Below are positions 48,570-59,273 of a stretch of DNA of 64,000 nt, one piece after another; within the stretch, counting starts at the first letter, position 1; every line of letters starts with the position of its first letter. Source of the DNA: Lysobacterales bacterium (GTDB lineage Bacteria; Pseudomonadota; Gammaproteobacteria; Xanthomonadales; SZUA-36); NCBI GenBank assembly GCA_036351575.1, contig JAZBPJ010000131.1:10186-74185 (forward strand), given 5' to 3'. Under the pieces are notes generated by a model. That model did no database searches. It was not told the origin of the DNA and saw only the letters and a list, made by a program, of their open reading frames with translations. Position numbers and translations under genes: made by a program.

Positions 48570-50756
48570 ATGTCCGACACCAAGACCGCTTATGTCCCCG
48601 TCGACTCGATCGGCATCCGGCACCGTGCGACCGCCACGGTCGCCGTCATTGGTAATCCGAATTCCGGAAAAAGCACCTTATTCAACCGCCTGACGGGCCT
48701 GCGCCAGACCACCGGCAACTACCCGGGCGTTACCGTCGAAAAACATTCGGGCATCGCGCAACTCGAAAAAAGCGCGGTCGAACTGATCGACCTGCCGGGT
48801 ATTTACTGCCTGGGCGGTTTTTCCACCGATGAACAGATCGCCGTCGATGTGCTGCTCGGGCGCATCGAGGGAGCGAAGCAACCGGACGGCCTGTTGTTCG
48901 TGCTCGACGCCACGCACCTGTACCAGGGCCTCTACCTGCTCCAGCAGTTGATGGAAATGCGCATTCCGCTGGTCGTCGCGCTCACCATGACCGACGTGGC
49001 AACGGCCAGCGGCATCGATATCTCGATCGAGGCGCTGCAGCGTCATCTCGGCGGTATTTCCATCGTTCCGGTGCTCGCCAAGTCCGGACGCGGCATGGAT
49101 CACCTGAAGACCGCGCTGGCGCACCTGGGCGACATGGCCCTGCCGGAACTGCCGGAATCCTGGCCCGAGTTGAGCCGAACAGCGGACGGGCTGGCGGAAT
49201 CGGCTGGGGACACCATGCTTCGCATCGACGTGCTGCAAGCCCTGCTCCACCCGGAAGCTGCGGCCACGGAAGCCGTCGAAAACACCATCGGCAGGGACCG
49301 CATGGCCGCGGCGCGCCTGGAACTCTTTGGAACCGAACCGCCGCAGGCCTGCGAAGCGCGTCACCGTTATCGCTGGGTTCGCGAGGTGCTGGAGGAAGCG
49401 CAGAGCCAGGCGCAGATGCTCGAGCGTTTTGGCGCGCGGCTGCTGCGCTGGTTCAATCGCCCGTGGCCGGCGACGCTCCTGTTCTTTGGCGTCATGGCAC
49501 TGGTTTTCCAGGCCGTGTTTTCCTGGGCTGCGCCGCTGATGGACGGCATTGACGGGGCGGCCACGGCCCTTTCCGGCTGGGTCGGCAGTCACCTGCCTGA
49601 AGGCGCGCTGTCCAGCTTCGTTACAGACGGCGTGATCGCGGGCGTCGGCAGCGTGCTGGTTTTCCTGCCGCAGATCCTGATCCTGTTCCTGTTTATCATC
49701 GTGCTGGAAGACTCGGGTTTCCTGGCGCGGGCGGCATTCCTGATGGACCGGGTGATGCGCAGCGTCGGCCTCTCCGGGCAATCGGTCATTCCGATGCTGT
49801 CCAGCTTTGCCTGCGCCGTGCCGGCCATCATGGCGACACGCGTGATTCCGAACCGGCGCGACCGCATCGCGACGATCCTGGCGGCCCCGTTCATGACCTG
49901 CTCGGCGCGCCTGCCGGTCTACGCACTGCTCATCGCGGCCTTCGTGCCAGAGCAGAAAGTCGGCTGGCTCAACCTGCAGGGGCTGGTTCTGTTCGGGCTC
50001 TACCTGCTCGGCATCGTCGGCGGCCTGGTGACCGCCTGGCTGATGAAGCGCTCGGCCCTGCGCGGCCCGAAACCCCAGTTCGCACTGGCGCTGCCGGAGT
50101 TCCGCTGGCCCAGCCCGCAGACCGTCGCAATCAAGCTGCTGGACCGCGCCCGCCTGTTCCTGAAACGCGCCGGTACGGTCATTTTCGCGGTCGCGGTCCT
50201 GGTCTGGGCGCTGGCCTTCTTTCCCCGTTCCGACGTCGTGCAGGCGGAACTGCAGGTCGCAACGGCCCAGGCCGAATCCAGCCTGGCCGGAGAGGCGCTG
50301 GAAGCCGAGCAGCTGCGGCTCGAACACAAGGCCGCGGCCGACCAGTTGGCCCAAAGCTACCTCGGCCGCGCCGGCCAGGTGCTCGAGCCGGTTTTCAAAC
50401 CGCTGGGCTGGGACTGGCGCGTATCCGCCGCCGTGATCGCCGGTTTTCCGGCGCGCGAAGTGGTCGTCGCGGTAATGGGAACGATCTACGCGGTGGGTGC
50501 AGAGGCCTCGGAGGCCAGCCTCGCCGGCAAGCTGCGCTCTGCCACCTGGCCGGACGGCAGCCCGGTGTTCACGCTGCCGATGGTGCTCGGCCTGCTGCTC
50601 TTCTACGCCTGGTGCCTGCAGTGCGCGGCCACCATCGCGGTGATCCGCCGTGAGACCAACAGCTGGCGCTGGCCGATATTTGCCTGGACCTACATGACGG
50701 TGCTGGGTTACACCGGCGCGTTCCTGATTTTCCAGATCGGCAGCACGATGATCTGA
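48570..50756 (+). CDS. feoB: Ferrous iron transporter B (GTPase plus permease)
   Basis: N-terminal G domain VAVIGNPNSGKSTLFNRLTG, DLPG, followed by a polytopic permease. Confidence 0.95.
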   Translation: MSDTKTAYVPVDSIGIRHRATATVAVIGNPNSGKSTLFNRLTGLRQTTGNYPGVTVEKHSGIAQLEKSAVELIDLPGIYCLGGFSTDEQIAVDVLLGRIEGAKQPDGLLFVLDATHLYQGLYLLQQLMEMRIPLVVALTMTDVATASGIDISIEALQRHLGGISIVPVLAKSGRGMDHLKTALAHLGDMALPELPESWPELSRTADGLAESAGDTMLRIDVLQALLHPEAAATEAVENTIGRDRMAAARLELFGTEPPQACEARHRYRWVREVLEEAQSQAQMLERFGARLLRWFNRPWPATLLFFGVMALVFQAVFSWAAPLMDGIDGAATALSGWVGSHLPEGALSSFVTDGVIAGVGSVLVFLPQILILFLFIIVLEDSGFLARAAFLMDRVMRSVGLSGQSVIPMLSSFACAVPAIMATRVIPNRRDRIATILAAPFMTCSARLPVYALLIAAFVPEQKVGWLNLQGLVLFGLYLLGIVGGLVTAWLMKRSALRGPKPQFALALPEFRWPSPQTVAIKLLDRARLFLKRAGTVIFAVAVLVWALAFFPRSDVVQAELQVATAQAESSLAGEALEAEQLRLEHKAAADQLAQSYLGRAGQVLEPVFKPLGWDWRVSAAVIAGFPAREVVVAVMGTIYAVGAEASEASLAGKLRSATWPDGSPVFTLPMVLGLLLFYAWCLQCAATIAVIRRETNSWRWPIFAWTYMTVLGYTGAFLIFQIGSTMI

Positions 50757-50790
50757 AACAAAAAAGCCCGGCAGCTGCCGGGCTTTTTCT
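50757..50790. terminator. Bidirectional rho-independent terminator between convergent feoB and rplQ
   Basis: A perfect 20-nt palindrome AGCCCGGCAG/CTGCCGGGCT (50765-50784) is flanked by an A-run on the left and TTTTT on the right. Confidence 0.85.
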
Positions 50791-50824
50791 CTTTCGCGGC
50801 CCTGAACTGCCGCCATGCCTTGCC

Positions 50825-51214
50825 TTATTCGGCTTCGACCGCTTCCTCTTCCGCGCGCGGGCGGTCGACGAGTTCCACGTAAGCCATCGGCGCGCTGTCG
50901 CCGGCGCGGAAACCGCACTTCAGGATGCGCAGGTAACCGCCCGGGCGGTCCGCGTAACGCGGGCCCAGCTCGTTGAACAGCTTGGTGACGGCGTCGCGGT
51001 CGCGCAGCCGGTCAAACGCCTGGCGGCGGTGCGCCACGCTGTCTTCCTTGGCCAGGGTGATCAGCGGTTCGGCCACGCGGCGCAGTTCCTTGGCCTTGGG
51101 CACCGTGGTCTTGATGATTTCGTGCTCGAACAGCGAAGTCGCCATGTTACGGAACATGGCCTTGCGGTGCGGGCTGTTACGATTCAGTTTTCTTCCGGAT
51201 TTCTGGTGACGCAT
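50825..51214 (-). CDS. rplQ: 50S ribosomal protein L17
   Basis: 129 aa, [24 protein letters not shown]... Follows rpoA. Confidence 0.97.
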   Translation of the reverse strand: MRHQKSGRKLNRNSPHRKAMFRNMATSLFEHEIIKTTVPKAKELRRVAEPLITLAKEDSVAHRRQAFDRLRDRDAVTKLFNELGPRYADRPGGYLRILKCGFRAGDSAPMAYVELVDRPRAEEEAVEAE

Positions 51215-51256
51215 CGTCTTGTCCTTCTCTTTTCGGCCGTCTTCCCGTCATGCGCC

Positions 51257-52243
51257 TCAGGCGCTGACCAGGCTCTCCGGCGGCCAATTTTCCAGTTTCA
51301 TGCCCAGTGACAGGTCATGGGACGCGAGCACGTCCTTGATTTCCGTCAGGGACTTTTTGCCCAGGTTCGGGGTTTTCAGCAGTTCGACCTCGGTGCGCTG
51401 CACCAGGTCGCCGATGTAAAGAATGCTTTCCGCTTTCAGGCAGTTGGCGGAGCGTACCGTCAGCTCGAGGTCATCGATCGGACGCAGCAGGACCGGGTCG
51501 ATCTCCTGTTCCTTTTCTTCGATTTCCACGACCTGGCGGGCTTTGAAGTCGACGAACACCGACAGCTGGTCGGCCAGGATGTTGGCGGCCAGCTTGACGG
51601 CGCCTTCGCAGTCCATGGTGCCGTTGGTCTCGATATCGAGGACCAGCTTATCCAGGTTGGTGCGCTGCTCCACGCGCGCCGCGTCGACCGAGTAGGCGAC
51701 CTTGCGCACGGGGCAATACGAGGCGTCGAGCTGCAGACGGCCGATCGGGCGGCTTTCCTGCTCGCCGATCGTGACCTGGTTGGCCGGCACGTAACCGACA
51801 CCGCGCATGATCTTGAGCCGCATGTTGATGCTGCCGTCCTTCGTCAGGTTGCAGATCACGTGTTCCGGGTTGACGACCTCCACCGTGTGGTCGGTCTGGA
51901 TGTCACCCGCGGTAACCGGGCCCGCGCCGGACTTGCTCAGCGTCAGCACGGCTTCCTCGCGCTCGTGCATGCGCAGCGCGACGTTTTTCAGGTTCAGCAG
52001 GACCTCGATGATGTCTTCCTGCAGGCCTTCGACTGCCGTGTACTCATGCAGCACGCCATCCATCTCAACTTCGACGATGGCGCAGCCGGGGATGGACGAC
52101 AGCAGCACACGGCGCAGCGCATTGCCGAGCGTGTGTCCGAAGCCGCGCTCAAGCGGTTCGAGCGTAATTTTTGCGCGGTTGGGATTGACTTCATCCACAC
52201 CGACCGCACTGGGCTTCAGCATCTGATCAATAACTCCCATCAT
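51257..52243 (-). CDS. rpoA: DNA-directed RNA polymerase alpha subunit
   Basis: [33 protein letters not shown] parallels E. coli RpoA. ATG 52243 is used, with GAGGA 8 nt upstream. Confidence 0.97.
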   Translation of the reverse strand: MMGVIDQMLKPSAVGVDEVNPNRAKITLEPLERGFGHTLGNALRRVLLSSIPGCAIVEVEMDGVLHEYTAVEGLQEDIIEVLLNLKNVALRMHEREEAVLTLSKSGAGPVTAGDIQTDHTVEVVNPEHVICNLTKDGSINMRLKIMRGVGYVPANQVTIGEQESRPIGRLQLDASYCPVRKVAYSVDAARVEQRTNLDKLVLDIETNGTMDCEGAVKLAANILADQLSVFVDFKARQVVEIEEKEQEIDPVLLRPIDDLELTVRSANCLKAESILYIGDLVQRTEVELLKTPNLGKKSLTEIKDVLASHDLSLGMKLENWPPESLVSA

Positions 52244-52330
52244 GGGGATCGTCCTCTCGAATAGTTTCTGTTCTGTTTCTGCGCAGCGCGTCGAAGACGC
52301 GCCGCACACACCCGGTCAATTCTGGCTGGA

Positions 52331-52957
52331 TTACTTGGAATACAGCTCCACGATCAGGTTTTCGTTGATGTTCGCAGACAGCTGGTCGCGATCCGGGTAG
52401 GCCTTGAACGTGCCTTCCAGTTTCTTGGAATCGACATCGACCCAGGCCGGAACGAGGTCCATTTCCTGACTCAGCGTGGCGGCTTCCTTCACGCGCAGTT
52501 GCTCTCGCGCCTTGTCGCGCACGGCAACCACGTCTTCCGGCTTGACACGGTAGGACGGAATGTTCACGGTCTGGCCGTTGACGGAGATGCCCTTGTGGGA
52601 CACCAGCTGCCGGGCCTGGGCGCGCGTCACGGCGAAACCCATGCGGTAGACCACGTTGTCCAGGCGGCTTTCGAGCAGGCGCAACAGGTTTTCACCGGTG
52701 GCGCCTTTCTGCTGCGCGGCCAGCTTGTAGTAATTGCGGAACTGGCGCTCGAGAATGCCGTAGGTGCGGCGCACTTTCTGCTTCTCGCGCAGCTGCAGCG
52801 CATAGTCGGACAGGCGAACCCGGCGCGATGCACCGTGCTGCCCGGGCGGCTGGTTCAGCTTGCACTTTGACTCGACGCCGCGCGCCGGGCTCTTCAGCTC
52901 CAGGTCGACGCCCTCGCGGCGCGCCAGCTTACAGGTGGGTCCAATATATCTTGCCAT
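52331..52957 (-). CDS. rpsD: 30S ribosomal protein S4
   Basis: [16 protein letters not shown]... The internal ATG 52957 is used. Confidence 0.97.
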   Translation of the reverse strand: MARYIGPTCKLARREGVDLELKSPARGVESKCKLNQPPGQHGASRRVRLSDYALQLREKQKVRRTYGILERQFRNYYKLAAQQKGATGENLLRLLESRLDNVVYRMGFAVTRAQARQLVSHKGISVNGQTVNIPSYRVKPEDVVAVRDKAREQLRVKEAATLSQEMDLVPAWVDVDSKKLEGTFKAYPDRDQLSANINENLIVELYSK

Positions 52958-52971
52958 TCTGATAACTCCCG

Positions 52972-53358
52972 TCAGACGCGACGTTTTTTCGGCGGCCGGC
53001 ACCCGTTGTGCGGGATCGGCGTCACGTCAGTAATGTTCGTGATCTTGTAACCCAGCGCGTGCAGGGCGCGCACCGACGATTCCCGACCCGGGCCCGGACC
53101 CTTGACGCGGACGTCGAGGTTCTTCAGGCCGTAATCCAGCGCGGCGCGGCCGGCGTTTTCCGCGGCGACCTGCGCGGCGAACGGCGTGCTCTTGCGCGAA
53201 CCACGGAAACCGGCGCCGCCGGCGGTAGCCCACGAAAGGGCGTTGCCCTGGCGGTCGGTGATCGTGATGATCGTGTTATTGAAAGAAGCATGCACGTGGG
53301 CGATGCCGTCCACGACCGTCTTCTTGACTTTTTTCTTTCGAACTGTTGGCTTTGCCAT
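52972..53358 (-). CDS. rpsK: 30S ribosomal protein S11
   Basis: 128 aa, ..[26 protein letters not shown].. Confidence 0.97.
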   Translation of the reverse strand: MAKPTVRKKKVKKTVVDGIAHVHASFNNTIITITDRQGNALSWATAGGAGFRGSRKSTPFAAQVAAENAGRAALDYGLKNLDVRVKGPGPGRESSVRALHALGYKITNITDVTPIPHNGCRPPKKRRV

Positions 53359-53384
53359 TATTCAATCTGCCTTAACGCTAACCG

Positions 53385-53741
53385 TTATCGCTTGATGGGA
53401 CGGCGCGGGCCCTTGCGGGTGCGCGCGTTCGTCTTGGTCTGCTGGCCGCGCACCGGCAGGCCGCGGCGGTGCCGCAGACCCCGGTAGCAGCCCAGGTCCA
53501 TCAGGCGCTTGATGTTCATCGCAACTTCGCGGCGCAGGTCGCCCTCGACCGAGATCTTGGCGACTTCGGCGCGCAGCGCTTCCTCTTCCGACTCGGTGAG
53601 GTCGCGAATTCGGGTTTCCGGCGCCACGCCGGCGGCCTCGCAAATCTGGTAGGCACGGGTTTTCCCGATGCCGTAGATTGACGTCAAGCCCACCCAGGTG
53701 TGCTTCTGTACCGGAATGTTGACTCCTGCAATACGAGCCAT
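53385..53741 (-). CDS. rpsM: 30S ribosomal protein S13
   Basis: [26 protein letters not shown]... The internal ATG 53741 is used. Confidence 0.97.
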   Translation of the reverse strand: MARIAGVNIPVQKHTWVGLTSIYGIGKTRAYQICEAAGVAPETRIRDLTESEEEALRAEVAKISVEGDLRREVAMNIKRLMDLGCYRGLRHRRGLPVRGQQTKTNARTRKGPRRPIKR

Positions 53742-53786
53742 ACTCAATAACTCCTGTCGGTTCCGTGCCGCGAACGTAAACAGCAC

Positions 53787-53814
53787 ATTATATCTAAATC
53801 AAATCGCCGGTAAA
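53787..53814 (-). promoter_or_regulatory. Candidate sigma70 promoter of the alpha operon (rpsM-rpsK-rpsD-rpoA-rplQ)
   Basis: On the minus strand, TTTACC (53814-53809), 16 nt, then a perfect TATAAT (53792-53787), about 45 nt upstream of the rpsM ATG. Confidence 0.5.
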
Positions 53815-53853
53815 AGCCTGAATTACTTTGCTTTATCCCGGTCATGCCCGTTA

Positions 53854-53967
53854 TCAGCCCTGCCGCTGCTTGTGTTTCTTGTCGCTGCAAATGACGAACA
53901 GTACGCCTCTGCGTCGAACGATTTTGCAGTTACGGCACATTTTTTTTACTGAAGCCTGCACTTTCAT
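53854..53967 (-). CDS. rpmJ: 50S ribosomal protein L36 (zinc-ribbon type)
   Basis: Not in the ORF track (37 aa). My own translation gives [37 protein letters not shown], against E. coli [38 protein letters not shown]. GGAG lies 8 nt upstream. Position after secY. Confidence 0.95.
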   Translation of the reverse strand: MKVQASVKKMCRNCKIVRRRGVLFVICSDKKHKQRQG

Positions 53968-54044
53968 AGCTCTTCTCCAAATCAAGCGGGCTCAAAAAAC
54001 GCCAATTGCCCCGCCAAACACCGCGCTCCGCGGCAACAAATCCA

Positions 54045-55388
54045 TTACCTCCGGACCACTCCGGAACGACCATAGGATTTCAGGTTCGCTTTCTTCATCA
54101 GGCTGTCGTACTGATGCGAGATCAGGTGCGCCTGGATCTGGGCGATGAAATCCATGATGACCACGACCACGATCAGCACCGAGGTGCCGCCGAAGTAGAA
54201 CGGCACCTGCCACATGACACGGAAAATGTCCGGAAGCAGGCACACCGCGACCAGGTAGATCGAGCCGACCATGGTCAGGCGGGTGAGCACGTTATCGATG
54301 TACTCGGCCGTCTGTCGACCCGGACGGATGCCCGGGATGAACGCACCCGAGCGTTTCAGGTTATCGGCCGTCTCCTTTGAGTTGAACACCAGCGCGGTGT
54401 AGAAAAAGCAGAAGAAGACGATCAGCCCTGAAAACAGGATCGTGTACGCCAGGTTGCCCGGCGTCAGCGCCGCCGAAACGTCGGTCAGCCAGCCCAGACC
54501 TTCGGACCCGCTGAACCAGGTGGCCAGCGTGGACGGGAAGATCACGATGCTCGAAGCGAAGATCGCCGGGATCACACCCGACATGTTCACCTTGAGCGGC
54601 AGGTGCGTGGACTGGTTCTGGTACGCGACGCGGCCCTGCCGCTGCGCGTAGTTGACCGTGATCCGTCGCTGTCCGCGCTCGACCCGCACGATGAAGTAGA
54701 TCACGCCCAGCACCAGCGCCAGGATGATCAGCATCGCCGGGATACTGAGCTGGCCGGTATTGACCATCTCCAGCGTGCCCGCGACAGCGCGCGGCAGCCC
54801 GGCCACGATGCCGGCAAAGATGATCAGGGAAATACCGTTGCCCACGCCGCGCTCGGTGATCTGCTCGCCCAGCCACATCAGGAACACCGTGCCTGCGGTC
54901 AGCGAGACGATGGCGGTGAACACGAAACCGAAGCCCGGCGCCAGCACCACCGACGACTGCCCCTGCAGGGCAAAGGCGACGCCGCCGCCCTGGATGGCAG
55001 CCAGTAACACGGTGAAATTACGCGTGTACTGGGTGATCTTCTGCCGGCCGGAGGAGCCCTCTTTCTTGAGCTGCTGCAGCTGCGGTACGGCGCTGCTCAT
55101 CAACTGCATGATGATGGACGCCGAGATATACGGCATCACGCCCAGCGCGAACAGGGAGAAGCGCTCCAGCGCACCGCCGGTGAACAGGTTGAAAACGTCC
55201 ACGATGGTGCCCTGCTGCGAATTCATGAATTGCAGCAGTGCCTGCGGGTTCACGCCCGGTACCGGGATGAACGTTCCGATGCGGTAGATGATCAGCGCTG
55301 CAAATACAAACAGCAGGCGCTGCCGCAGCTCGGTCAGGCGTCCCAGCCCGCTGAGCGTTTCCGCCATTTGTGACGGGGATCCGACCAT
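54045..55388 (-). CDS. secY: Preprotein translocase subunit SecY
   Basis: 447 aa with 10 TM segments: ..[25 protein letters not shown].. Confidence 0.97.
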   Translation of the reverse strand: MVGSPSQMAETLSGLGRLTELRQRLLFVFAALIIYRIGTFIPVPGVNPQALLQFMNSQQGTIVDVFNLFTGGALERFSLFALGVMPYISASIIMQLMSSAVPQLQQLKKEGSSGRQKITQYTRNFTVLLAAIQGGGVAFALQGQSSVVLAPGFGFVFTAIVSLTAGTVFLMWLGEQITERGVGNGISLIIFAGIVAGLPRAVAGTLEMVNTGQLSIPAMLIILALVLGVIYFIVRVERGQRRITVNYAQRQGRVAYQNQSTHLPLKVNMSGVIPAIFASSIVIFPSTLATWFSGSEGLGWLTDVSAALTPGNLAYTILFSGLIVFFCFFYTALVFNSKETADNLKRSGAFIPGIRPGRQTAEYIDNVLTRLTMVGSIYLVAVCLLPDIFRVMWQVPFYFGGTSVLIVVVVIMDFIAQIQAHLISHQYDSLMKKANLKSYGRSGVVRR

Positions 55389-55819
55389 TACTCTACGGTG
55401 CCTCCGGCAGCTTCGATTGCTTCCTGCGCGCCCTTGGTGACGCCCAGGCCCTTGACGGTGACCTTGCGCTCGATCGCGCCGGTGTTGATGACCTTGACCT
55501 TTTTCGCATCATGGCCAACGATGTTTTCCGCCTTGAGCGACTCCAGGTCGATCACCTCGGCCTTCATGGCCTGGATCTGGTACAGGCGCACCTCGGCGTT
55601 GTAACGCGCCTTGCGCGAAGCGAAACCGCGCTTCGGCAGACGGCGCTGCAGCGGCATCTGGCCGCCTTCGAAACCGATCTTGTGATAACCGCCGGAACGC
55701 GATTTCTGGCCCTTGTGCCCGCGGCCCGCGGTCTTGCCCAGGCCGGAGCCGGCGCCGCGACCAACGCGCTTGCGGTCTTTCTTGCTGCCCTCTGCCGGGC
55801 GAATTTCGTTCAGTTTCAT
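55388..55819 (-). CDS. rplO: 50S ribosomal protein L15
   Basis: 143 aa, [44 protein letters not shown]. Confidence 0.97.
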   Translation of the reverse strand: MKLNEIRPAEGSKKDRKRVGRGAGSGLGKTAGRGHKGQKSRSGGYHKIGFEGGQMPLQRRLPKRGFASRKARYNAEVRLYQIQAMKAEVIDLESLKAENIVGHDAKKVKVINTGAIERKVTVKGLGVTKGAQEAIEAAGGTVE

Positions 55820-55842
55820 TTTCGTACTTTCCTTTCAATAAT

Positions 55843-55970
55843 GGGGCCGGATACATGATTCCGGCGCGCATTCAGGTTCGCGGAAGTTTGGAAGATCGGG
55901 GCCGGATACGGAATTGCCGACCTACTTTCCAAATTCGTAACCCAGGACCGAGAATTCAGTATCCGGCCCC
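55843..55970. repeat. REP/BIME-like cluster: three copies of GGGGCCGGATAC (two direct, one inverted) in the rpmD-rplO spacer
   Basis: Copies lie at 55843-55854 and 55898-55909 (direct) and at 55959-55970 (inverted, GTATCCGGCCCC). Similarity extends into the flanks (GGATAC-nGAATT). The inner pair forms 18-nt arms (17 paired positions, one mismatch) around a 37-nt loop. Confidence 0.8.
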
Positions 55971-55984
55971 GAATTTTCCGATTT

Positions 55985-56179
55985 TCAAGCCTCTTCCACT
56001 CGTACCATGTAGTTGATCTTGTTCACCATGCCGCGAATCGACGGCGTGTCCTCGAGGACGACCGTCTGGTGCATGCGCTTCAGTCCGAGGCCGCGCACGC
56101 ACTCACGGTGCTTCGGCTGGTAGCCGAACGGCGAGCGGACCAGGGTTACCTTGATCTGTTTCTGTTTTTTCTTGGCCAT
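55985..56179 (-). CDS. rpmD: 50S ribosomal protein L30
   Basis: 64 aa, [36 protein letters not shown]. Confidence 0.96.
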   Translation of the reverse strand: MAKKKQKQIKVTLVRSPFGYQPKHRECVRGLGLKRMHQTVVLEDTPSIRGMVNKINYMVRVEEA

Positions 56180-56184
56180 TGTTG

Positions 56185-56697
56185 TTACCCGACGTTCGCC
56201 ATGATTTCATCAACCGGCTTGCCGCGCTTGGCCGCCACCGACTCGGGGCTCTGCATCGCCTGCAGACCCTTGATCGTGGCGCGAACCAGGTTGATGGGGT
56301 TGTTGGAGCCGACACTCTTGGCCAGGACGTTGCGCACGCCAACCGTTTCCAGCACGGCGCGCATCGCGCCGCCGGCGATGACGCCGGTACCCTCGGATGC
56401 GGGCTGCATGTAAATGCGGGAGCCGGCATGGCTGCTCTTCACCGCGTGCCACAGCGTACCGTCACGCAGCGAGATTTCGACCATGTTGCGGCGGGCTTTT
56501 TCCATCGATTTCTGGATGGCCACCGGCACTTCGCGCGCCTTGCCGTAACCGAAGCCGATCTTGCCGTTACCGTCGCCGACCACGCTCAGGGCCGTGAAAC
56601 CGAAGATCCGGCCACCCTTGACCACCTTGGCCACACGATTGACGGCTACCAGTTTCTCGAGCAGGCCGTCGCCTGTGTCTTTGTCCATTTTCGCCAT
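56185..56697 (-). CDS. rpsE: 30S ribosomal protein S5
   Basis: 170 aa, ..[33 protein letters not shown].. Confidence 0.97.
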   Translation of the reverse strand: MAKMDKDTGDGLLEKLVAVNRVAKVVKGGRIFGFTALSVVGDGNGKIGFGYGKAREVPVAIQKSMEKARRNMVEISLRDGTLWHAVKSSHAGSRIYMQPASEGTGVIAGGAMRAVLETVGVRNVLAKSVGSNNPINLVRATIKGLQAMQSPESVAAKRGKPVDEIMANVG

Positions 56698-56712
56698 GAT
56701 GCTTACCTGTCT

Positions 56713-57069
56713 TTAGAATTTCAGCCCGACTTCGCGAGCAGCGTCGGCCAGTTCCTTCACTCGGCCGTGGTACTGAAAACCGGAACGGTCGAAAGCGACT
56801 TCCTTCACGCCTGCTTCGACTGCGCGTTCGGCCACGAATTTTCCGACCGCAGCCGCTGCCTCCTTGTTGGAGGTGCTTTTCAGGCCCTCGCGGACCTCGC
56901 TCTGCACGGTCGACGCCGCAGCCATCACAGCACCCGTCTCGGAGTTGATGACCTGCGCGTAAATGTGCTGACCGCTGCGATGCACCGTCAGCCGGGGCTT
57001 GCCCTGACGACGGATCTGGGCGCGGGCCTTGCGGGCCCGGCGCAGACGTGCTGCCTTTTTCTTTTCCAT
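56713..57069 (-). CDS. rplR: 50S ribosomal protein L18
   Basis: 118 aa, ..[42 protein letters not shown]. Confidence 0.97.
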   Translation of the reverse strand: MEKKKAARLRRARKARAQIRRQGKPRLTVHRSGQHIYAQVINSETGAVMAAASTVQSEVREGLKSTSNKEAAAAVGKFVAERAVEAGVKEVAFDRSGFQYHGRVKELADAAREVGLKF

Positions 57070-57111
57070 TTCAGATTCCTCGTAATCTTGGTGACCGCTG
57101 AAAGCCCGTCA

Positions 57112-57639
57112 TCAGGCCTTCTTGGCCTCCTTCCGCACAACGCGCTCGTCCGCATAACGGACACCCTTGCCCTTGTAGGGCTCCGGCGGCCGGAAAGCAC
57201 GGATTTCCGAAGCGACCTGGCCGACTCTCTGCTTGTCGCAGCCCTTGACCACGACCTCAGTCTGGCTCGGCGCCTCGATTGTCACGCCTTCCGGAGCGGT
57301 GTACTCGATCGGATGCGAATAGCCCAGCGCCAGGGTGAGCTTGTTGCCCTGGACCTGTGCTCGATAGCCCACGCCTACCAGCGTCAGCTTTTTCTCAAAA
57401 CCGTCGGACACGCCGACGACCATGTTGTTGACCAGCGACCGCATCGTACCCGCCATCGGGATGTCCGAATCGTTGGCCGGCTTGACGGTCAGCGTCTTGT
57501 CTTCCTGCTCCAGGCTGACGTTCGGGTGCAGCGACTGCACCAGGTTGCCTTTCGGGCCCTTGACGCTGACTTCGCTGCCGGCGATTTTCACTTCGACGCC
57601 TGAAGGCAGGTCGATGGGCGCTTTTGCTATACGCGACAT
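57112..57639 (-). CDS. rplF: 50S ribosomal protein L6
   Basis: 175 aa, [19 protein letters not shown].. Confidence 0.97.
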   Translation of the reverse strand: MSRIAKAPIDLPSGVEVKIAGSEVSVKGPKGNLVQSLHPNVSLEQEDKTLTVKPANDSDIPMAGTMRSLVNNMVVGVSDGFEKKLTLVGVGYRAQVQGNKLTLALGYSHPIEYTAPEGVTIEAPSQTEVVVKGCDKQRVGQVASEIRAFRPPEPYKGKGVRYADERVVRKEAKKA

Positions 57640-57664
57640 AATTCTTCTCCTGGTCCCGCGCGCG

Positions 57665-58060
57665 TTACGTCACGACGCACAGGACTTCACCGCCGTGGCC
57701 GGCCGCGCGGGCCTGGGCGTCAGTCATGATTCCGTTGGACGTACTGATCACCGCGATACCGAGACCGTTCTGGATCTTCGGCAGATCGTCCTTGCCGCGG
57801 TACTGGCGCAGGCCGGGACGGCTCGTGCGCTTCATCGTCTCGATGACGCCGCGGCCCTGCACGTACTTGAGCGTAATCTCAAGCGCAGGCTTGCCGTCGA
57901 TTTCCGACTCGCGGTAGTCCGAGATGTAGCCTTCGTTTTTCAGCACGTTGGCAATACCGGTCTTCACCTTGGAAGCCGGGATGAGTACCGTCGCTTTCTG
58001 CACCGCCTGGGCGTTGCGAATACGCGTCAGCATGTCAGAGATGGGATCGCTCATGCTCAT
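57665..58060 (-). CDS. rpsH: 30S ribosomal protein S8
   Basis: [18 protein letters not shown].. The internal ATG 58060 is used, with GAGGA 7 nt upstream. Confidence 0.97.
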   Translation of the reverse strand: MSMSDPISDMLTRIRNAQAVQKATVLIPASKVKTGIANVLKNEGYISDYRESEIDGKPALEITLKYVQGRGVIETMKRTSRPGLRQYRGKDDLPKIQNGLGIAVISTSNGIMTDAQARAAGHGGEVLCVVT

Positions 58061-58073
58061 GTCTAATTCCTCT

Positions 58074-58379
58074 TTACCAACTGGCCTTGCGAAGGCCGGG
58101 CACATCACCGCGCATGGCGGCTTCACGCAGCTTGTTGCGGCCGAGGCCGAACTTGCGATAAAAGCCCCGCGGACGGCCGGAAATGGCGCAGCGGTTGCGC
58201 TGGCGCACCGGGCTCGAGTCACGCGGCAGCTTCTGCAGCCGGAACATGGCGTCCTGCCGCTCCTCGAAGCTCGCGTCGGGGTTGGAAACAGTCGCCTTCA
58301 GTTCGGCACGCTTGGCGGCGTACTTCGCTACCAGTTTCGTGCGCTTCTTCTCGCGGTTGACCATAGATACTTTAGCCAT
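58074..58379 (-). CDS. rpsN: 30S ribosomal protein S14 (long, non-zinc form)
   Basis: 101 aa, [48 protein letters not shown]. Confidence 0.97.
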   Translation of the reverse strand: MAKVSMVNREKKRTKLVAKYAAKRAELKATVSNPDASFEERQDAMFRLQKLPRDSSPVRQRNRCAISGRPRGFYRKFGLGRNKLREAAMRGDVPGLRKASW

Positions 58380-58389
58380 CGTGAATCCT

Positions 58390-58932
58390 TTACTTTTCTC
58401 TGAACGGGAAGTTGAAGGCTTTCAACAGCGCCCGTGCTTCGTCGTCGGTCTTTGCCGTGGTGGTGATCGTGATGTCCATGCCGCGGATCGCGTCGATCTT
58501 GTCGAAGTCGATCTCCGGGAACATGATCTGCTCTTTCACGCCCATGCTGAAATTGCCGCGCCCATCGAAGGACTTGCGGTTCAGGCCACGGAAGTCGCGG
58601 ATACGCGGGATCGCGACGTTGACCAGGCGATCCAGGAACTCGTACATGCGCTCGCGGCGCAGCGTGACCTTGCAACCGACCGGCCAGCCGTCACGGATCT
58701 TGAAACTCGCGACCGACTTGCGGGCCAGGTTGACGATCGGCTTCTGGCCGGAAATCGCGGTCATGTCTCCCACGGCGCGTTCCATCACCTTTTTGTCGCC
58801 TACCGCCTCACCGACACCCATGTTCAGGGTGATCTTGGTGATCTTCGGCACTTCCATGACGTTCTTGTAGCTGAACTGCTTGGTCAGTTCAGGCACCACC
58901 GTCTCTTTGTAATACGTCTGCAGTCTGGACAT
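58390..58932 (-). CDS. rplE: 50S ribosomal protein L5
   Basis: 180 aa, [43 protein letters not shown]. Confidence 0.97.
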   Translation of the reverse strand: MSRLQTYYKETVVPELTKQFSYKNVMEVPKITKITLNMGVGEAVGDKKVMERAVGDMTAISGQKPIVNLARKSVASFKIRDGWPVGCKVTLRRERMYEFLDRLVNVAIPRIRDFRGLNRKSFDGRGNFSMGVKEQIMFPEIDFDKIDAIRGMDITITTTAKTDDEARALLKAFNFPFREK

Positions 58933-58942
58933 CTGACTTTCC

Positions 58943-59257
58943 TTAAATATCCACGGCTTCGCCGGTGGACGTGAAAATGCGGACCTTGCGGCCGTCTTCC
59001 AGCGTCTTGAACGACACGCGGTCGCCCTTTCCGGTGCCCGGGTTGTACAGCATCACGTTCGACTGGTGAATCGGAGATTCTTTTTCGATGATGCCACCCT
59101 GCACGTTCAGGGACGGATTGGGTTTCTGGTGCTTTTTGACCATGTTCACGTTTTCCACCATCAGCTTTTCGCCGATGACGCGCAGAACGTGTCCGCGCTG
59201 GCCCTTGCTGCGGCCGGTGGTTACGATCACTTCGTCGCCTTTGCGAATTCGTTTCAT
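58943..59257 (-). CDS. rplX: 50S ribosomal protein L24
   Basis: 104 aa, [23 protein letters not shown]. Confidence 0.97.
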   Translation of the reverse strand: MKRIRKGDEVIVTTGRSKGQRGHVLRVIGEKLMVENVNMVKKHQKPNPSLNVQGGIIEKESPIHQSNVMLYNPGTGKGDRVSFKTLEDGRKVRIFTSTGEAVDI

Positions 59258-59273
59258 TTTCCTGTTCCTTCGC

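Noticed and set aside
48678-50918. 746-aa minus-strand ORF.
   Set aside because: Antisense to feoB, and it runs through the bidirectional terminator into rplQ in another frame. The sequence is Arg/Gln/Gly-rich with no motifs.
55509-55871. 120-aa minus-strand ORF starting inside the rpmD-rplO spacer ([19 protein letters not shown]..).
   Set aside because: It continues out of frame over rplO. It starts inside the repeat element and has no SD. The sequence is Arg/Gly/Pro-rich shadow.
55898-55970. MITE interpretation of the inverted 18-nt arms in the rpmD-rplO spacer.
   Set aside because: No target-site duplication flanks the arms (gatc on one side, gaat on the other), and a third solo copy lies 44 nt away. 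A REP/BIME-like element or structured RNA fits better. This is kept as a finding, but not called a mobile element.
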